A program made the position numbers and the translations under genes. From NCBI GenBank assembly GCA_963712745.1, contig CAVQJC010000004.1:32001-96000 (forward strand): a stretch of 64,000 bases of DNA. The letters are read 5' to 3'. Source of the stretch: an uncultured Chloroflexia bacterium. GTDB lineage: Bacteria; Chloroflexota; Limnocylindria; Limnocylindrales; CSP1-4. Of the stretch, positions 39,212 to 48,961 are shown in pieces. Every line of letters starts with the position of its first letter. Positions within the stretch are counted from its first letter, which is position 1. The notes beneath the pieces are model-generated. The model had not been told where the DNA came from, did not search any database, and saw nothing but the letters and a program-made list of their open reading frames with translations.

Positions 39212-40177
39212 TCAATCGCAACTCGTCACCGGTCCGTCGCTGGCAAGCAGTTTGAGCACCCGTTGGGCCACCCGCTCGGCGGAGAGACAGTACATGTCGA
39301 GCAGCTCCTCGTCGGTGGCCGACTCGGTGTAGTGGTCCTGGATGCCGATGCGGTCGACCCGCGTGGGCCGGTGCTCGGACAGCGTCTCTGCCACGGCCCC
39401 GCCGAGGCCGCCGATGACGGTGTGCTCCTCGACGGTCACGACGCGCCCGGTGCGCCCGGCGGCCTCGACGATGCCGGCCACGTCGAGCGGCTTGATGGTG
39501 GGCACGTGCACGACGTGGGCCTCGATGCCGCTCCCCGCGAGGATGTCGGCGGCGTCGACCACGCGCGGGGTCTGGGTGCCGGTACTGATCAAGGTGATGT
39601 CGGAGCCCTCGCGCACGACCTTGACCTTGCCGAACTGGAACTTGTGCCCCGGCGCGAAGAGCTGCTGGGTCACGTCGCGCACGAGACGGATGAAGACCGG
39701 GCCGTCGTACTCGAGCGACCAGGCCAGGACGGCCTTGGTCTCGACCTCGTCGGCGGGGCTGATGACGACCATGCCGGGCATGGCCCGCGCGATGCTGATG
39801 TCGTCGACGATCTGGTGCGTCTTGCCGGCCTTGCCGGTGAAGAGCCCGCAGTAGCCGGCGGTGATCTTGACGTTGGCCCCGGTCTGGGCGATGAGCACGC
39901 GGATCTGGTCCAGCGGCCGATGCAGGGCGAAGGCCACGAAGGTGCTGATGAAGGGCACGAGGCCGACCTTGGCCATGCCCGCGGCCACGCCCAGCATGTT
40001 CTGCTCGGCGATGCCCATCTGGTAGAAGCGATCGGGGTAGGCGTCCTCGAAGAGCTTGGCCTGGGTCGAGCTGCCGAGGTCCCCGTCGAGCACGACGATG
40101 CGCGGATCGCGGGCCGCCAGCTCGGTGACGGTCTCACCGAACACGAGGCGCAGCGGCTTGCCTTCTGGGAGCGTCAT
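39212..40177 (-). CDS. Transketolase, C-terminal subunit (split type)
   Basis: GIAEQNM, GKTHQ, SPAD, IKPLD, TVEEHTVIGGLG. Confidence 0.93.
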   Translation of the reverse strand: MTLPEGKPLRLVFGETVTELAARDPRIVVLDGDLGSSTQAKLFEDAYPDRFYQMGIAEQNMLGVAAGMAKVGLVPFISTFVAFALHRPLDQIRVLIAQTGANVKITAGYCGLFTGKAGKTHQIVDDISIARAMPGMVVISPADEVETKAVLAWSLEYDGPVFIRLVRDVTQQLFAPGHKFQFGKVKVVREGSDITLISTGTQTPRVVDAADILAGSGIEAHVVHVPTIKPLDVAGIVEAAGRTGRVVTVEEHTVIGGLGGAVAETLSEHRPTRVDRIGIQDHYTESATDEELLDMYCLSAERVAQRVLKLLASDGPVTSCD

Positions 40178-41061
40178 GCAGCACCTCCCTCAGGCTCGCC
40201 GAGCTCGGCCATGGCGATGGCGAACTCCTCGTCGGTGGGCACACCCATGTGCCACTGGTAATTGCCGGCCATGTAGCTGACGCCATAGCCCTTGAGCGTG
40301 TTGGCGATGACCGCGGTCGGGCGGCCGGTGGGCTCAGCGGCGGCCTCGAGCACGCGCACCACCTCGACCATGTCGTTGCCGTCCATCTCTAGCACCCGCC
40401 AGCCGAAGGCTGTGAAGCGGGCCACCAGGTCGCCGGGTTCCTCGGGCGGCAGGCGGTCGGTGGCCGACTCGCCACGCCAGCCGAACTGCTGGAGCCTGTT
40501 GTGGTCGACGATGGCGATGAGGTTGTCCGCCCTGTAGCGCGGCGCCACGTGGGCGGCCTCCCAGACCTGGCCCTCCTGGCACTCGCCGTCACCGAGCAAC
40601 ACGTACGTCAGGAACTCCTGGCCCAGGTGCCTCGCGCCCAGGGCCATGCCCAGACCGGCAGACAGGCCCATGCCCAGCGAGCCGGTCGAGATGTCGATGC
40701 CGGGCAACTTGTTCATGTCGGGATGGCCCTGCAGGCGCGCGCCCTTCTTGTTGAAGGTCGACATCTCCGCGAGCGGGAAATAGCCCGCCAGCGCCATGGC
40801 AGCGTACTGGCCCAGCGCGGAGTGGCCCTTCGACAGGATGAAACGGTCGCGATCTGGCCAGTCGGGCTCGCCGGGGCGGATGCGCAGGATGCGGCCGTAC
40901 AGCGCGGCCAGGATGTCGGCAGCCGAGAGGGGCCCGCCCACGTGGCCGACCTTGCACTCCGCGACGGTACGGATGACCGCCACACGGATGCGCCGGGCCA
41001 TGTCCTCCAAGCGCGCGATCTCGCCGGCCGGCACGCTGCCGGCTGCCATATCGGCGGTCAT
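40174..41061 (-). CDS. Transketolase, N-terminal TPP-binding subunit (split type)
   Basis: GHVGG, RDRFILSKGH, LQGHP, TGSLG, GDGECQEG. Confidence 0.93.
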   Translation of the reverse strand: MTADMAAGSVPAGEIARLEDMARRIRVAVIRTVAECKVGHVGGPLSAADILAALYGRILRIRPGEPDWPDRDRFILSKGHSALGQYAAMALAGYFPLAEMSTFNKKGARLQGHPDMNKLPGIDISTGSLGMGLSAGLGMALGARHLGQEFLTYVLLGDGECQEGQVWEAAHVAPRYRADNLIAIVDHNRLQQFGWRGESATDRLPPEEPGDLVARFTAFGWRVLEMDGNDMVEVVRVLEAAAEPTGRPTAVIANTLKGYGVSYMAGNYQWHMGVPTDEEFAIAMAELGEPEGGAA

Positions 41062-41429
41062 GCCGACCCGTTGCCTTTCTCGTAGGAGCCGGGCACGACG
41101 GGTGGGCTGAAGAAGCAGGCGATCTCGAGCGGCTCGGGCCCGTCCGACTCGGTGGCGTGCGGCGTCCCGGGACTGACCCAGACCGCGACCCCGGGCTCCA
41201 TCTCGGCCACCCCATCGGGCGTGACGATGCGGCCGCGGCCACTGACGCAGTAGATCGTCTCCTCCTGGATGTCGTGTACGTGTCCTTCCGGCGCAGAGCC
41301 TGCGGGGAAGACCGAGACGCCGAATGAGATGCGCTCGGTGGCGATGTTCTCGGGCCCGAGGTACGTATGCCAGTCACGACCGGGGAGGGGATAGACCTCG
41401 GCCTCCCCGCGTGACACGCGCTTCATCAT
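41058..41429 (-). CDS. Cupin domain protein
   Basis: HVH..QEETIY..G and PGTPH cupin motifs; GAGGTG before ATG 41429. Confidence 0.88.
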   Translation of the reverse strand: MMKRVSRGEAEVYPLPGRDWHTYLGPENIATERISFGVSVFPAGSAPEGHVHDIQEETIYCVSGRGRIVTPDGVAEMEPGVAVWVSPGTPHATESDGPEPLEIACFFSPPVVPGSYEKGNGSA

Positions 41430-41496
41430 CAGTGCACCTCGTTGCATCCCTGTGCCACCTGTTCTCGCAGCGTCGGTCCCTCCACGAACCGTCACA

Positions 41497-41508
41497 ATCG
41501 ATTATCGA
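41497..41508. promoter_or_regulatory. Putative GntR operator 1 (leftward operon)
   Basis: ATCGATTATCGA (TCGAT-T-ATCGA palindrome), downstream of minus-strand TTGACA (41538-41533) and TATCCT (41513-41508). Confidence 0.7.
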
Positions 41509-41676
41509 GGATACGCTTTTCGGGCAAGCCAATGTCAAGCGGACCCGCATCGGGGGGCCATCCGGCCCAAGCGTATAGCCGAACCGCAACCGGGCAGGGA
41601 AAAGCGGGCACCGAGCCACGGGCCAAGGGGCCGTCAGGCCCGTCCTCAGCATGACCACGAGCACGGGCACGATTCC

Positions 41677-41728
41677 TTGACGGTCGTAGGCTGGGACGCG
41701 TATGGTCATCGGTAATCGATTATCTATG
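41677..41728 (+). promoter_or_regulatory. Rightward promoter plus putative GntR operator 2
   Basis: TTGACG-N18-TATGGT followed by ATCGGTA-ATCGATT-ATCTATG. Confidence 0.7.
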
Positions 41729-41906
41729 AGTCCGGCCCGGCACCGCCCGGGCGGACACAGGGGTGGAGGGTTGCCGCTGGCGCACCTGTCGTGATTCGGC
41801 TCGGGCTGAGGGGCCGGGGCCACGGGCGTACACCATGGCTCGGAGGGAGCCGATGTCAGGGACCGGTCGTGGAGGACGATCGGCATACCAAGGAGGCGAA
41901 CGACAG

Positions 41907-43649
41907 ATGGGATTGATGAACGACGACGTCCTCGGGCAGTTCCTGGGGGACGATTCGTTCCCGATCGAGTGGACGTCCGAGACCGAGAAGCGTCTCTTCT
42001 GGGTCTATGACGACCTGCACTGCCCCAAGCCGCTGAGCCCGATGTACGAGGACATCGGCGGCTGGTGGCTGTCCTGCGACCACATGTTCCGCCGCTTCGG
42101 AACGCCCTTCGCGACCGATTGGATCTACAAGAACATCAACGGCTACCTCTACACCGCGGCCATCCCGGCCGAGGCAGGGATCAACGTCGAGACGCAGGAG
42201 TACAACCTGCGCACCAACCCGATCGTGCCGGAGTCGAGCGACGCCGACTACGCCGAGAAGATCGGCGCGTACCTGAATGCGACCCTCGGCGTCTACGGCC
42301 AGAACTTCGTGACCTGGTGGCGCACGCGCTTCGTGCCCGAGATGCAGCGTAACTTCGACTACATCGAGGGCATGCTCGAGCAGAAGGACGAGCTCAGCCT
42401 GGCCGACCTGGCGGTCCTCCTCGAAGACGCTATCGACATGCATGACCGCCACTGGAAGATCCACTGGATGCTGAACTTCGCGCAGCTGTCTGCGACGCTC
42501 AACCTGCGGGCGGTCATGGAGGAGACGCACGGCGCGGCCGACGAGGTCCTGCTCGGTCGACTGCAGAACTCGGCCAACGACCGCAACTGGGACAAGATCC
42601 GCGCCCTCTGGGAGATGAAGGAGGAGGTCAAGGGCGACGCGGAGATGTCGCAGATCTTCGCTGCCGAGACGGCCATCGAGATCGTACCCGCGCTGCAGGC
42701 CAGCGGCCGCGGCCAGCGCTTCATCGAGGAGCGCGTGGTGCCGTACCAGATGGAGTTCGGGTGGCACGCGGTCTGGAGCCACGAGTTCGTGTTCCCCACC
42801 TTCCGCGAGGACATGACCCCCATCATCCAGCTCATCCGCGACCAGTACGCGTCCGACTACGACTTCAACAAGGCCATCGACGACCTCAAGGCCGATATCG
42901 ACGCGGCCGCAGTGGAGATCCTCGAAGGGCTGGACGGTGAAGCGCTCGAGAAGATGCGAGCCGCCAACGAGATCAACCTCAAGATGGCGCCGCTCACGCC
43001 CGACCACCACTTCTACATCGACCAGGGTGCCAATGCCCACGTCCGCCTGGTGCTCATCGCCATCGGCGAGAAGCTCGTCGAGGCCGGCGCACTGGACAAG
43101 GCCGACGACGTGGTCATGTTCCGCTACAACCAGCTTCGCGCTTTCATCGGGGCTCCTGAGAGCATGGACGGACGCGCCATCGCGGCCGAAGCCTGGGCCA
43201 AGTGGCACGCTGCCGAAGCGGTCCAGCCCAAGGACTGGGTCGGCACCGCCACCGAGGTGCAGCTGGCCTTCCCGTACCTGAACCTGTGGGGCTTCCCCGA
43301 CAAGTTCCATCGCTCCCAGGAGAAGGTGGCCGGCCAGGTCAGCGGCATCGCCGGCTCGCCCGGCGTGATCGAAGGTATCGCGCGCGTGGTCAACTCGGAG
43401 GCCGAGTTCGACAGCCTGCAGGTGGGCGAGATCCTGGTCTGCCAGATGACCAACCCCGCCTGGCAGGTGCTCTACGGCAAGATCATCGCCGTGGTCACCG
43501 ACGCCGGTGGCACCGTCTCGCACCCGGCGGTGCTGGCGCGCGAATACGGCATCCCCGCGGTCGTGGGCACCTCCACCGGTACCTACGACATCAAGACCGG
43601 TGACCGTCTCCGCGTCGACGGCAACGCCGGCGTGGTCGAGATCCTCTAG
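41907..43649 (+). CDS. PEP-utilizing enzyme: helical substrate-binding domain plus His swivel domain, no ATP-grasp
   Basis: C-terminal GIAGSPGVIEG.ARVV, ILVCQMTNPAW, GGTVSHPAVLAREYGIPAVVG, RVDGNAG; AAGGAGG RBS. Confidence 0.88.
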   Translation: MGLMNDDVLGQFLGDDSFPIEWTSETEKRLFWVYDDLHCPKPLSPMYEDIGGWWLSCDHMFRRFGTPFATDWIYKNINGYLYTAAIPAEAGINVETQEYNLRTNPIVPESSDADYAEKIGAYLNATLGVYGQNFVTWWRTRFVPEMQRNFDYIEGMLEQKDELSLADLAVLLEDAIDMHDRHWKIHWMLNFAQLSATLNLRAVMEETHGAADEVLLGRLQNSANDRNWDKIRALWEMKEEVKGDAEMSQIFAAETAIEIVPALQASGRGQRFIEERVVPYQMEFGWHAVWSHEFVFPTFREDMTPIIQLIRDQYASDYDFNKAIDDLKADIDAAAVEILEGLDGEALEKMRAANEINLKMAPLTPDHHFYIDQGANAHVRLVLIAIGEKLVEAGALDKADDVVMFRYNQLRAFIGAPESMDGRAIAAEAWAKWHAAEAVQPKDWVGTATEVQLAFPYLNLWGFPDKFHRSQEKVAGQVSGIAGSPGVIEGIARVVNSEAEFDSLQVGEILVCQMTNPAWQVLYGKIIAVVTDAGGTVSHPAVLAREYGIPAVVGTSTGTYDIKTGDRLRVDGNAGVVEIL

Positions 43650-43669
43650 AGGATCGAGCAGCCGCGGCC

Positions 43670-44386
43670 ATGACGGACGACGCCGGGATCACGCGCAGTG
43701 TCCTGAGCGAGCAAGTCAAGGGTCGCCTGCTGCAGGCGATCCTTGACGGTCGCTACCCGCCGGGCGCCCGCATCGTGGAGACCCGCGTGGCCAAGGAGTT
43801 CGGCACCAGCCAGGCTCCGGTGCGCGAGGCTCTGCGAGACCTGGAGGCGCTCGGCGTGGTGGAGACCGCTCCGTTCAAGGGCGCTCGCGTGCGCCAACCG
43901 ACCACTGAGGAGCTGCTGGAGGCTTTCGAGGTTCGCGCCATCCTGGAAGGCCACGGTGCCGTGCTGGCCATGGAGAACGTGACCGAGGAGGAGCTCGCCC
44001 GGCTCAGCGAGCTCATCGAGCTCATGCGCGAGGCAGCCATCGCGGGCGACCCCTTCCGCGAGGCCACCGCCGACACCGAGTTCCACCGGCTGATCATGCG
44101 ACGCTCCGGGAACGCCACCCTCGAGCGCGTCTGGTCGACGCTAGAACCGTTCCTGCGCACGTACATCACGATCGTCTCGCCGGGTGTCGACCGACGCGCG
44201 GTGGCCGATCGGCACATCCCCATCATCGAAGCCCTGCGCCGGCAAAACCCCGTCCTTATCGAGGAGGCCTTCCGGGTCCACTTCGAGGCTGCCGCGGCGG
44301 CCCTGGCCGAGGTCTGGCCGAACCACAGTGGCGACCAGACCACCGATACCCGCACGCCGGACCAGATGCCGGCCATCGCCATCTAG
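43670..44386 (+). CDS. GntR-family regulator (FCD domain)
   Basis: G.YPPG.RI.E..VA..FGTSQAPVREAL..L, DTEFH, SGN, H..IIEAL. Confidence 0.95.
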   Translation: MTDDAGITRSVLSEQVKGRLLQAILDGRYPPGARIVETRVAKEFGTSQAPVREALRDLEALGVVETAPFKGARVRQPTTEELLEAFEVRAILEGHGAVLAMENVTEEELARLSELIELMREAAIAGDPFREATADTEFHRLIMRRSGNATLERVWSTLEPFLRTYITIVSPGVDRRAVADRHIPIIEALRRQNPVLIEEAFRVHFEAAAAALAEVWPNHSGDQTTDTRTPDQMPAIAI

Positions 44387-44408
44387 CCCCAGTACGCGAA
44401 AGGACACC

Positions 44409-45299
44409 ATGAGCCCAGAGCTTGTACTCAGCCAGGAGATGTCGGCGGGTCCGGCGCGACTCCGCGTAGACGTGCTCGGCGGCCCGGCCCGCGAAAGCAT
44501 CGTCGACGACATGGACTTCCTCAACTACCGCCTGGCTGCGGTGACCATGGAAGACGCCGTGACCCTCGCCGAGCCGGACGTGCTCTGGGATGTCGGGGCC
44601 GACAAGGAGATCGGCTACGACGGCCACACCATGCGCCTGTCGGGGGACTGGAGCGTGGGCGCTATCCAGAAGGTGCTGGTCACGATGCTGGCCCTGCGCC
44701 TGGAGGCGAAGGGATTGCATCCCTCACATTCCTCGGCGGTGCGGTACCAGGACAAGTCGATCCTCTTCCTGGGCGGCGAGTCGAACCACGGCAAGTCGAT
44801 GGGCCAGATCGAGGCCTGCCGGCGCGGCGGCCTGCTCATCAGCACCGAGACCACCATCATCGACGAGGACGTGCAGGCGGTCATGGGCTCCAAGTCGGTC
44901 TTTCTGCGCGAGAAGCGGGCCAAGGGCACCGAGCGTGCTGACAAGGCCGCTCCGACCCAGGGCGTGAACAAGTTCTGGGGCGACATGCCCACCTGGAACG
45001 AGTATCCAGACGTCAGCGAGATCGATGTGGTGGTGCTGCCGGCCATCGACGGCAACTTCGACCCCAGCACCAAGGAGCTGGGCGAGTTCGAGTCGCAGTT
45101 CCAGGCGTTGCACTCGCTGCAGAACTACTTCCTCACCAATGAGCTGCTGGCGCCGGGTTTCCCCATGCCGCTGACCGATACCGAAGCGCTGCGGCGGGAC
45201 CGAGCCCGGTTCGTTCAGAAGTTCGGTGACCGGCCCTTCTACTTCGTCCGCGCAGCCACCCCGCAGGTGCTCATGGACGAGGTCGACAGGGTCCTCTAG
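44409..45299 (+). CDS. HPr-kinase-like P-loop protein of unknown function
   Basis: HSSAV..KSILFLGGESNHGKS..GGLLISTE; AAAGGA RBS. Confidence 0.6.
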   Translation: MSPELVLSQEMSAGPARLRVDVLGGPARESIVDDMDFLNYRLAAVTMEDAVTLAEPDVLWDVGADKEIGYDGHTMRLSGDWSVGAIQKVLVTMLALRLEAKGLHPSHSSAVRYQDKSILFLGGESNHGKSMGQIEACRRGGLLISTETTIIDEDVQAVMGSKSVFLREKRAKGTERADKAAPTQGVNKFWGDMPTWNEYPDVSEIDVVVLPAIDGNFDPSTKELGEFESQFQALHSLQNYFLTNELLAPGFPMPLTDTEALRRDRARFVQKFGDRPFYFVRAATPQVLMDEVDRVL

Positions 45300-45319
45300 G
45301 CAGATCCCGGAACAGGCCG

Positions 45320-46189
45320 ATGCGCAGGTTCGCCTACGAGCGTCCCAGGACGCTGGCCGAAGCGACCCGACTCCTGGCGGAGGCGGGCGCGGAGGCGCGC
45401 ATCCTCGCGGGCGGCACCGATCTGGTGGTGGGCCTGCGCGACGGATCCATCAAGCCGGCCGTGGTGGTCGACCTCAAGTGGGTCGAGGACCTCGCCGACC
45501 CGCCGATCGTGGCGGGCGACGGGGCGATCACCTTCGGCGCCCTGGCCACGATGAGCCAGATCGAGCACGATGCGGGGGTGCTGCGCCGCCTGCCGGCCCT
45601 GGCCGAGGCCGCGCGGGTGGTGGGCTCGGTCCAGATCCGCAACCGCGCCACGCTCGCGGGCAACATCTGCAACGGGTCCCCGGCCGCGGATACGACACCG
45701 CCCCAGCTGGTGTACGGCGCGACCGTGGTGGTGGCCGGCCCGGATGGGGAGCGGCGTGTGCCCATCGATGAGTTCGTGCTCGGCCCCAGGCAGGTGGACC
45801 TGCGGCTCGGCGAGCTCGTGGCCGCCATCGAGGTCCCGCTCCCGAAGCCCGGTCTCGGGGCCGCCTACACGCGCCTTGTGCGACGGCGCGGCACCGACCT
45901 GGCCTCGGTCACGATGGCCGTCTCGGTCGACGGGGAAGGGACTGCCCAGCTGGCCTACGGCAGCGTCGGCCCGCGCGCCTTCCTGGTGCGTGACGATAGC
46001 GGGACTCTCGCCGATCCCGACGCGGCGCCTGGGGCCCGGGCCGCCGTGCTGGAAGAGCTGTTGAGCCAGGCCACGCCCTCGCCACGCTCGATCCGGGCCA
46101 GTCCCGACTACCGCCTGGCCATGCTGCGCGTGCTCGCCATGCGCGCACTCGGCTCCGCCATCGAACGCCGCTCGGGGAGTACCGCCTGA
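45320..46189 (+). CDS. Xanthine dehydrogenase family, FAD subunit
   Basis: ILAGGTDL, GSVQIRNRATLAGN, SPAADT, ASPDYR. Confidence 0.93.
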   Translation: MRRFAYERPRTLAEATRLLAEAGAEARILAGGTDLVVGLRDGSIKPAVVVDLKWVEDLADPPIVAGDGAITFGALATMSQIEHDAGVLRRLPALAEAARVVGSVQIRNRATLAGNICNGSPAADTTPPQLVYGATVVVAGPDGERRVPIDEFVLGPRQVDLRLGELVAAIEVPLPKPGLGAAYTRLVRRRGTDLASVTMAVSVDGEGTAQLAYGSVGPRAFLVRDDSGTLADPDAAPGARAAVLEELLSQATPSPRSIRASPDYRLAMLRVLAMRALGSAIERRSGSTA

Positions 46190-46665
46190 TGGCCGATCGC
46201 CTCACCATCAACCTCACCATCAACGCTCGCGCGCGCGAGCTGGACGTCGCCGTCCACCACACGCTGCTGGAGGTACTGCGCGACGAGGTCGGCCTGACCG
46301 GCACCAAGGAGTGCTGCGTGGTCGGCGAGTGCGGCGCCTGCACGGTGCTGGTCGACGGGCGTTCGGTCAACTCGTGTCTGATGCTGGCCGTGGAGGCCGA
46401 TGGGGCGGAGGTGCTGACCGTCGAAGGGCTGGCCGAGGATGGCGAGTTGAGTCCGCTGCAGGAAGCCTTCCTCGACGAGGGCGCGGCCCAGTGCGGCTTC
46501 TGTATCCCCGGCCAGTTGATGTCGGCCACGGCCCTGCTCGAGACGGTCGACGATCCGAGCGACGATCAGATCCAGGAGGCGCTGGCGGGCAACCTCTGCC
46601 GCTGCGCCGGCTACGAGCAGATCTTCGCAGCCGTGCGCCAGGCCGCACGCGAGGCGCGGGCATGA
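46189..46665 (+). CDS. Xanthine dehydrogenase family, 2Fe-2S subunit
   Basis: KECCVVGECGACTV, QCGFCIPG, GNLCRCAGY. Confidence 0.95.
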   Translation: MADRLTINLTINARARELDVAVHHTLLEVLRDEVGLTGTKECCVVGECGACTVLVDGRSVNSCLMLAVEADGAEVLTVEGLAEDGELSPLQEAFLDEGAAQCGFCIPGQLMSATALLETVDDPSDDQIQEALAGNLCRCAGYEQIFAAVRQAAREARA

Positions 46666-48935
46666 GCGACCTCCTCATCGGTACCTCGCCCCACCGCGTC
46701 GGTGGCTACGAGCGGGTCACCGGCGCCCAGGCCTATCTGGCCGACATCCACTTCGCCGACGTGCTGCATGCCAAGCTCGTCACGGTCCCGGTCGGCCGGG
46801 CCCGCATCATCAGCATCGACACGCGCGATGCGAAGGCTGTGCCCGGCGTGCGGCTGGTCATGACCGCGGACGACCTGCCCCAGCCGGTCCCGCGCTACGG
46901 GCCGCAGTACCAGGACCGGCCCGTGCTGGCAGTCGGCGAGACGAAGTTCCACGGCGAGCCGGTGGCCGCGGTGGCCGCCGACAGCAGGGACGTGGCCGAG
47001 GAAGCGGCGCGCCTGGTCAGGGTCGAGTACGAAGAGCTGCCCGGCGTCTATACCGTGGCGCAGGCGCTGGCGGCCGATGCGCCGCTCGTGCGCGAACCGG
47101 AGCTGCGCCCCGCGGACGATCCACTGCGGGACAGCAACGTGCTCACCACGCGCGTCTACGGCTGGGGTGACGTGGAGGCGGCCGAGACAGAAGCGGCCTG
47201 CGTCATCGACGAGACCTACTCGTTCCCCATGATCACGCACTTCGCCATCGAGCCGCACGCCTTCGCGGCCGCACCCGATGAGGACGGCATCGCCATCTGG
47301 TCGACCATCCAGCATCCGTACCTGTTGCAGAAGCTGATGGCCCGCCTGCTCGATCTGCCCCTGTCCAAGGTACGGGTCTACGCTCCCGACCCCGGCGGCG
47401 GGTTCGGTGGCAAGCAGAACATCAAGCTCGAACCGCTGGTCGCGTTCATGGCGCTCGACACGGGCCGGCCGGTTCGGCTCGTGCTCAGCCTCGACGAGTC
47501 CTTCCAGGCCGCTCGTCGAGTCTCGGCGGAGGTGCGGGTCCGCACGGGCTTCAGCCCCGATGGCCGTCTGCTCTTCGAGGACATCCGAAGCGACTACCTG
47601 CTGGGTGCCTACGCCGACATCGCCGAACGGGTGGTGGCCAAGAGCCAGTACACCGCAGCCGGCCCCTACAAGGTGCCAAACGTGCGCATCAGCGCGCGCT
47701 CGATCCTCTCCCACACCACGCCGGCCTGTGCCTTCCGTGGCTTCGGCACGCCCCAGGTCAACTGGGCCGTGGAGTCGAACGTGGACGCCGGCGCGCGGGC
47801 ACTGGGCATCGACCGCGCCGAGATCCGCTTGCGCAACCTCGCCACACGCGGCGAGGAAGTGGTGCCTAACGACACGCCCGCCGACGGCCTCTGGCCCGAG
47901 ACCGTGGAGAAGGCCATGGATCTCATCGGCTGGGAGTCGCCGCTGCCGGAGGGCCACGGACGCGGCATCGCCGTGGGCATCAAGTCGAGTGCGACTACGG
48001 GCCTGTCGTATTCGACCGTGCGCTTGCTGGCCGACGGCAGCGTGGTGGTCTACGCGGGCACCAGCGACATGGGCCAGGGAGCCCGCACCATCTTCGCCCA
48101 GGTCGCGGCCAACGAACTGGGCGCACCGCTCGAGTGGGTCAACGTGATCATGGGCGACACCGCCGTCGTGCCCTACGACCAGCAGACCTCGGCCAGCCGC
48201 TCGACCGTCTTCATGGGCAACGCCATCATGCGCGCCTGCCGCGACATCCAGGCCCAGGTTCGGACCATGGCCTCCGCCGCGGAGAGCGTGCCCGAGAGCC
48301 AGATCGTGGTGGCTGAGGGCGTCGTCAGCCTGCCCGATCGCGATGTAACGATGCTGGAGGTGGCGAGGGCCGGCCTGGGCAAGCTGGGTGGTGAGCTCAT
48401 CGGCAACGGCATGTACCGCAAGGAGGTCGAGCCGGACCACCCGCTCGGCGGCAGCCCGGCGTTCTACGAGTTCAACTGCACAGCCATCGAGCTGTCGGTG
48501 GACGAGGACACCGGCCACATCACCATCCACAAGCACGTCATCGTGGGTGACACGGGCAAGTCGCTGAACCCGGGCCAGGTGACGGGCCAGGACGAGGGTG
48601 CGGCCATCATGGGCCTCGGCCACACGCTTATGGAGCACATCATCCTCGACGAGAACGGCGCCATCCGGAACCTCGGTGCCATCGACTACCGCATCCCCAC
48701 CTCCATGGACCTGCCCAGGCACATGGAGAGCGCCGCCATCGAGAACGAGGACGGGCCGGGACCGTACGGGTCCAAGGGCGTGAGCGAGGGCGGACTGCTC
48801 TCGGTCCAGTCTGCGGTGGGCGCAGCCTTGGCCGATGCCACGGGCGTCGTCATCCGGGAGCTGCCCCTCACACCGGAGCACGTGTGGCGGTGCCTGCGGG
48901 ACGCGCGCACGGACCAAGGCGGGACCCGCACCTAG
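46662..48935 (+). CDS. Xanthine dehydrogenase family, molybdopterin subunit
   Basis: GGGFGGK, AFRGFG, DMGQG, SASRS, DYRIPT, GPYGSKGVSE; ATGA overlap. Confidence 0.93.
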   Translation: MSDLLIGTSPHRVGGYERVTGAQAYLADIHFADVLHAKLVTVPVGRARIISIDTRDAKAVPGVRLVMTADDLPQPVPRYGPQYQDRPVLAVGETKFHGEPVAAVAADSRDVAEEAARLVRVEYEELPGVYTVAQALAADAPLVREPELRPADDPLRDSNVLTTRVYGWGDVEAAETEAACVIDETYSFPMITHFAIEPHAFAAAPDEDGIAIWSTIQHPYLLQKLMARLLDLPLSKVRVYAPDPGGGFGGKQNIKLEPLVAFMALDTGRPVRLVLSLDESFQAARRVSAEVRVRTGFSPDGRLLFEDIRSDYLLGAYADIAERVVAKSQYTAAGPYKVPNVRISARSILSHTTPACAFRGFGTPQVNWAVESNVDAGARALGIDRAEIRLRNLATRGEEVVPNDTPADGLWPETVEKAMDLIGWESPLPEGHGRGIAVGIKSSATTGLSYSTVRLLADGSVVVYAGTSDMGQGARTIFAQVAANELGAPLEWVNVIMGDTAVVPYDQQTSASRSTVFMGNAIMRACRDIQAQVRTMASAAESVPESQIVVAEGVVSLPDRDVTMLEVARAGLGKLGGELIGNGMYRKEVEPDHPLGGSPAFYEFNCTAIELSVDEDTGHITIHKHVIVGDTGKSLNPGQVTGQDEGAAIMGLGHTLMEHIILDENGAIRNLGAIDYRIPTSMDLPRHMESAAIENEDGPGPYGSKGVSEGGLLSVQSAVGAALADATGVVIRELPLTPEHVWRCLRDARTDQGGTRT

Positions 48936-48961
48936 CCAGCACCAGGACGAGGAGGAGAGAG

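Noticed and set aside
45320-48935. Aerobic CO dehydrogenase (coxMSL)
   Set aside because: The large subunit has AFRGFG rather than the form I AYRCSFR loop; it is a generic Mo-hydroxylase
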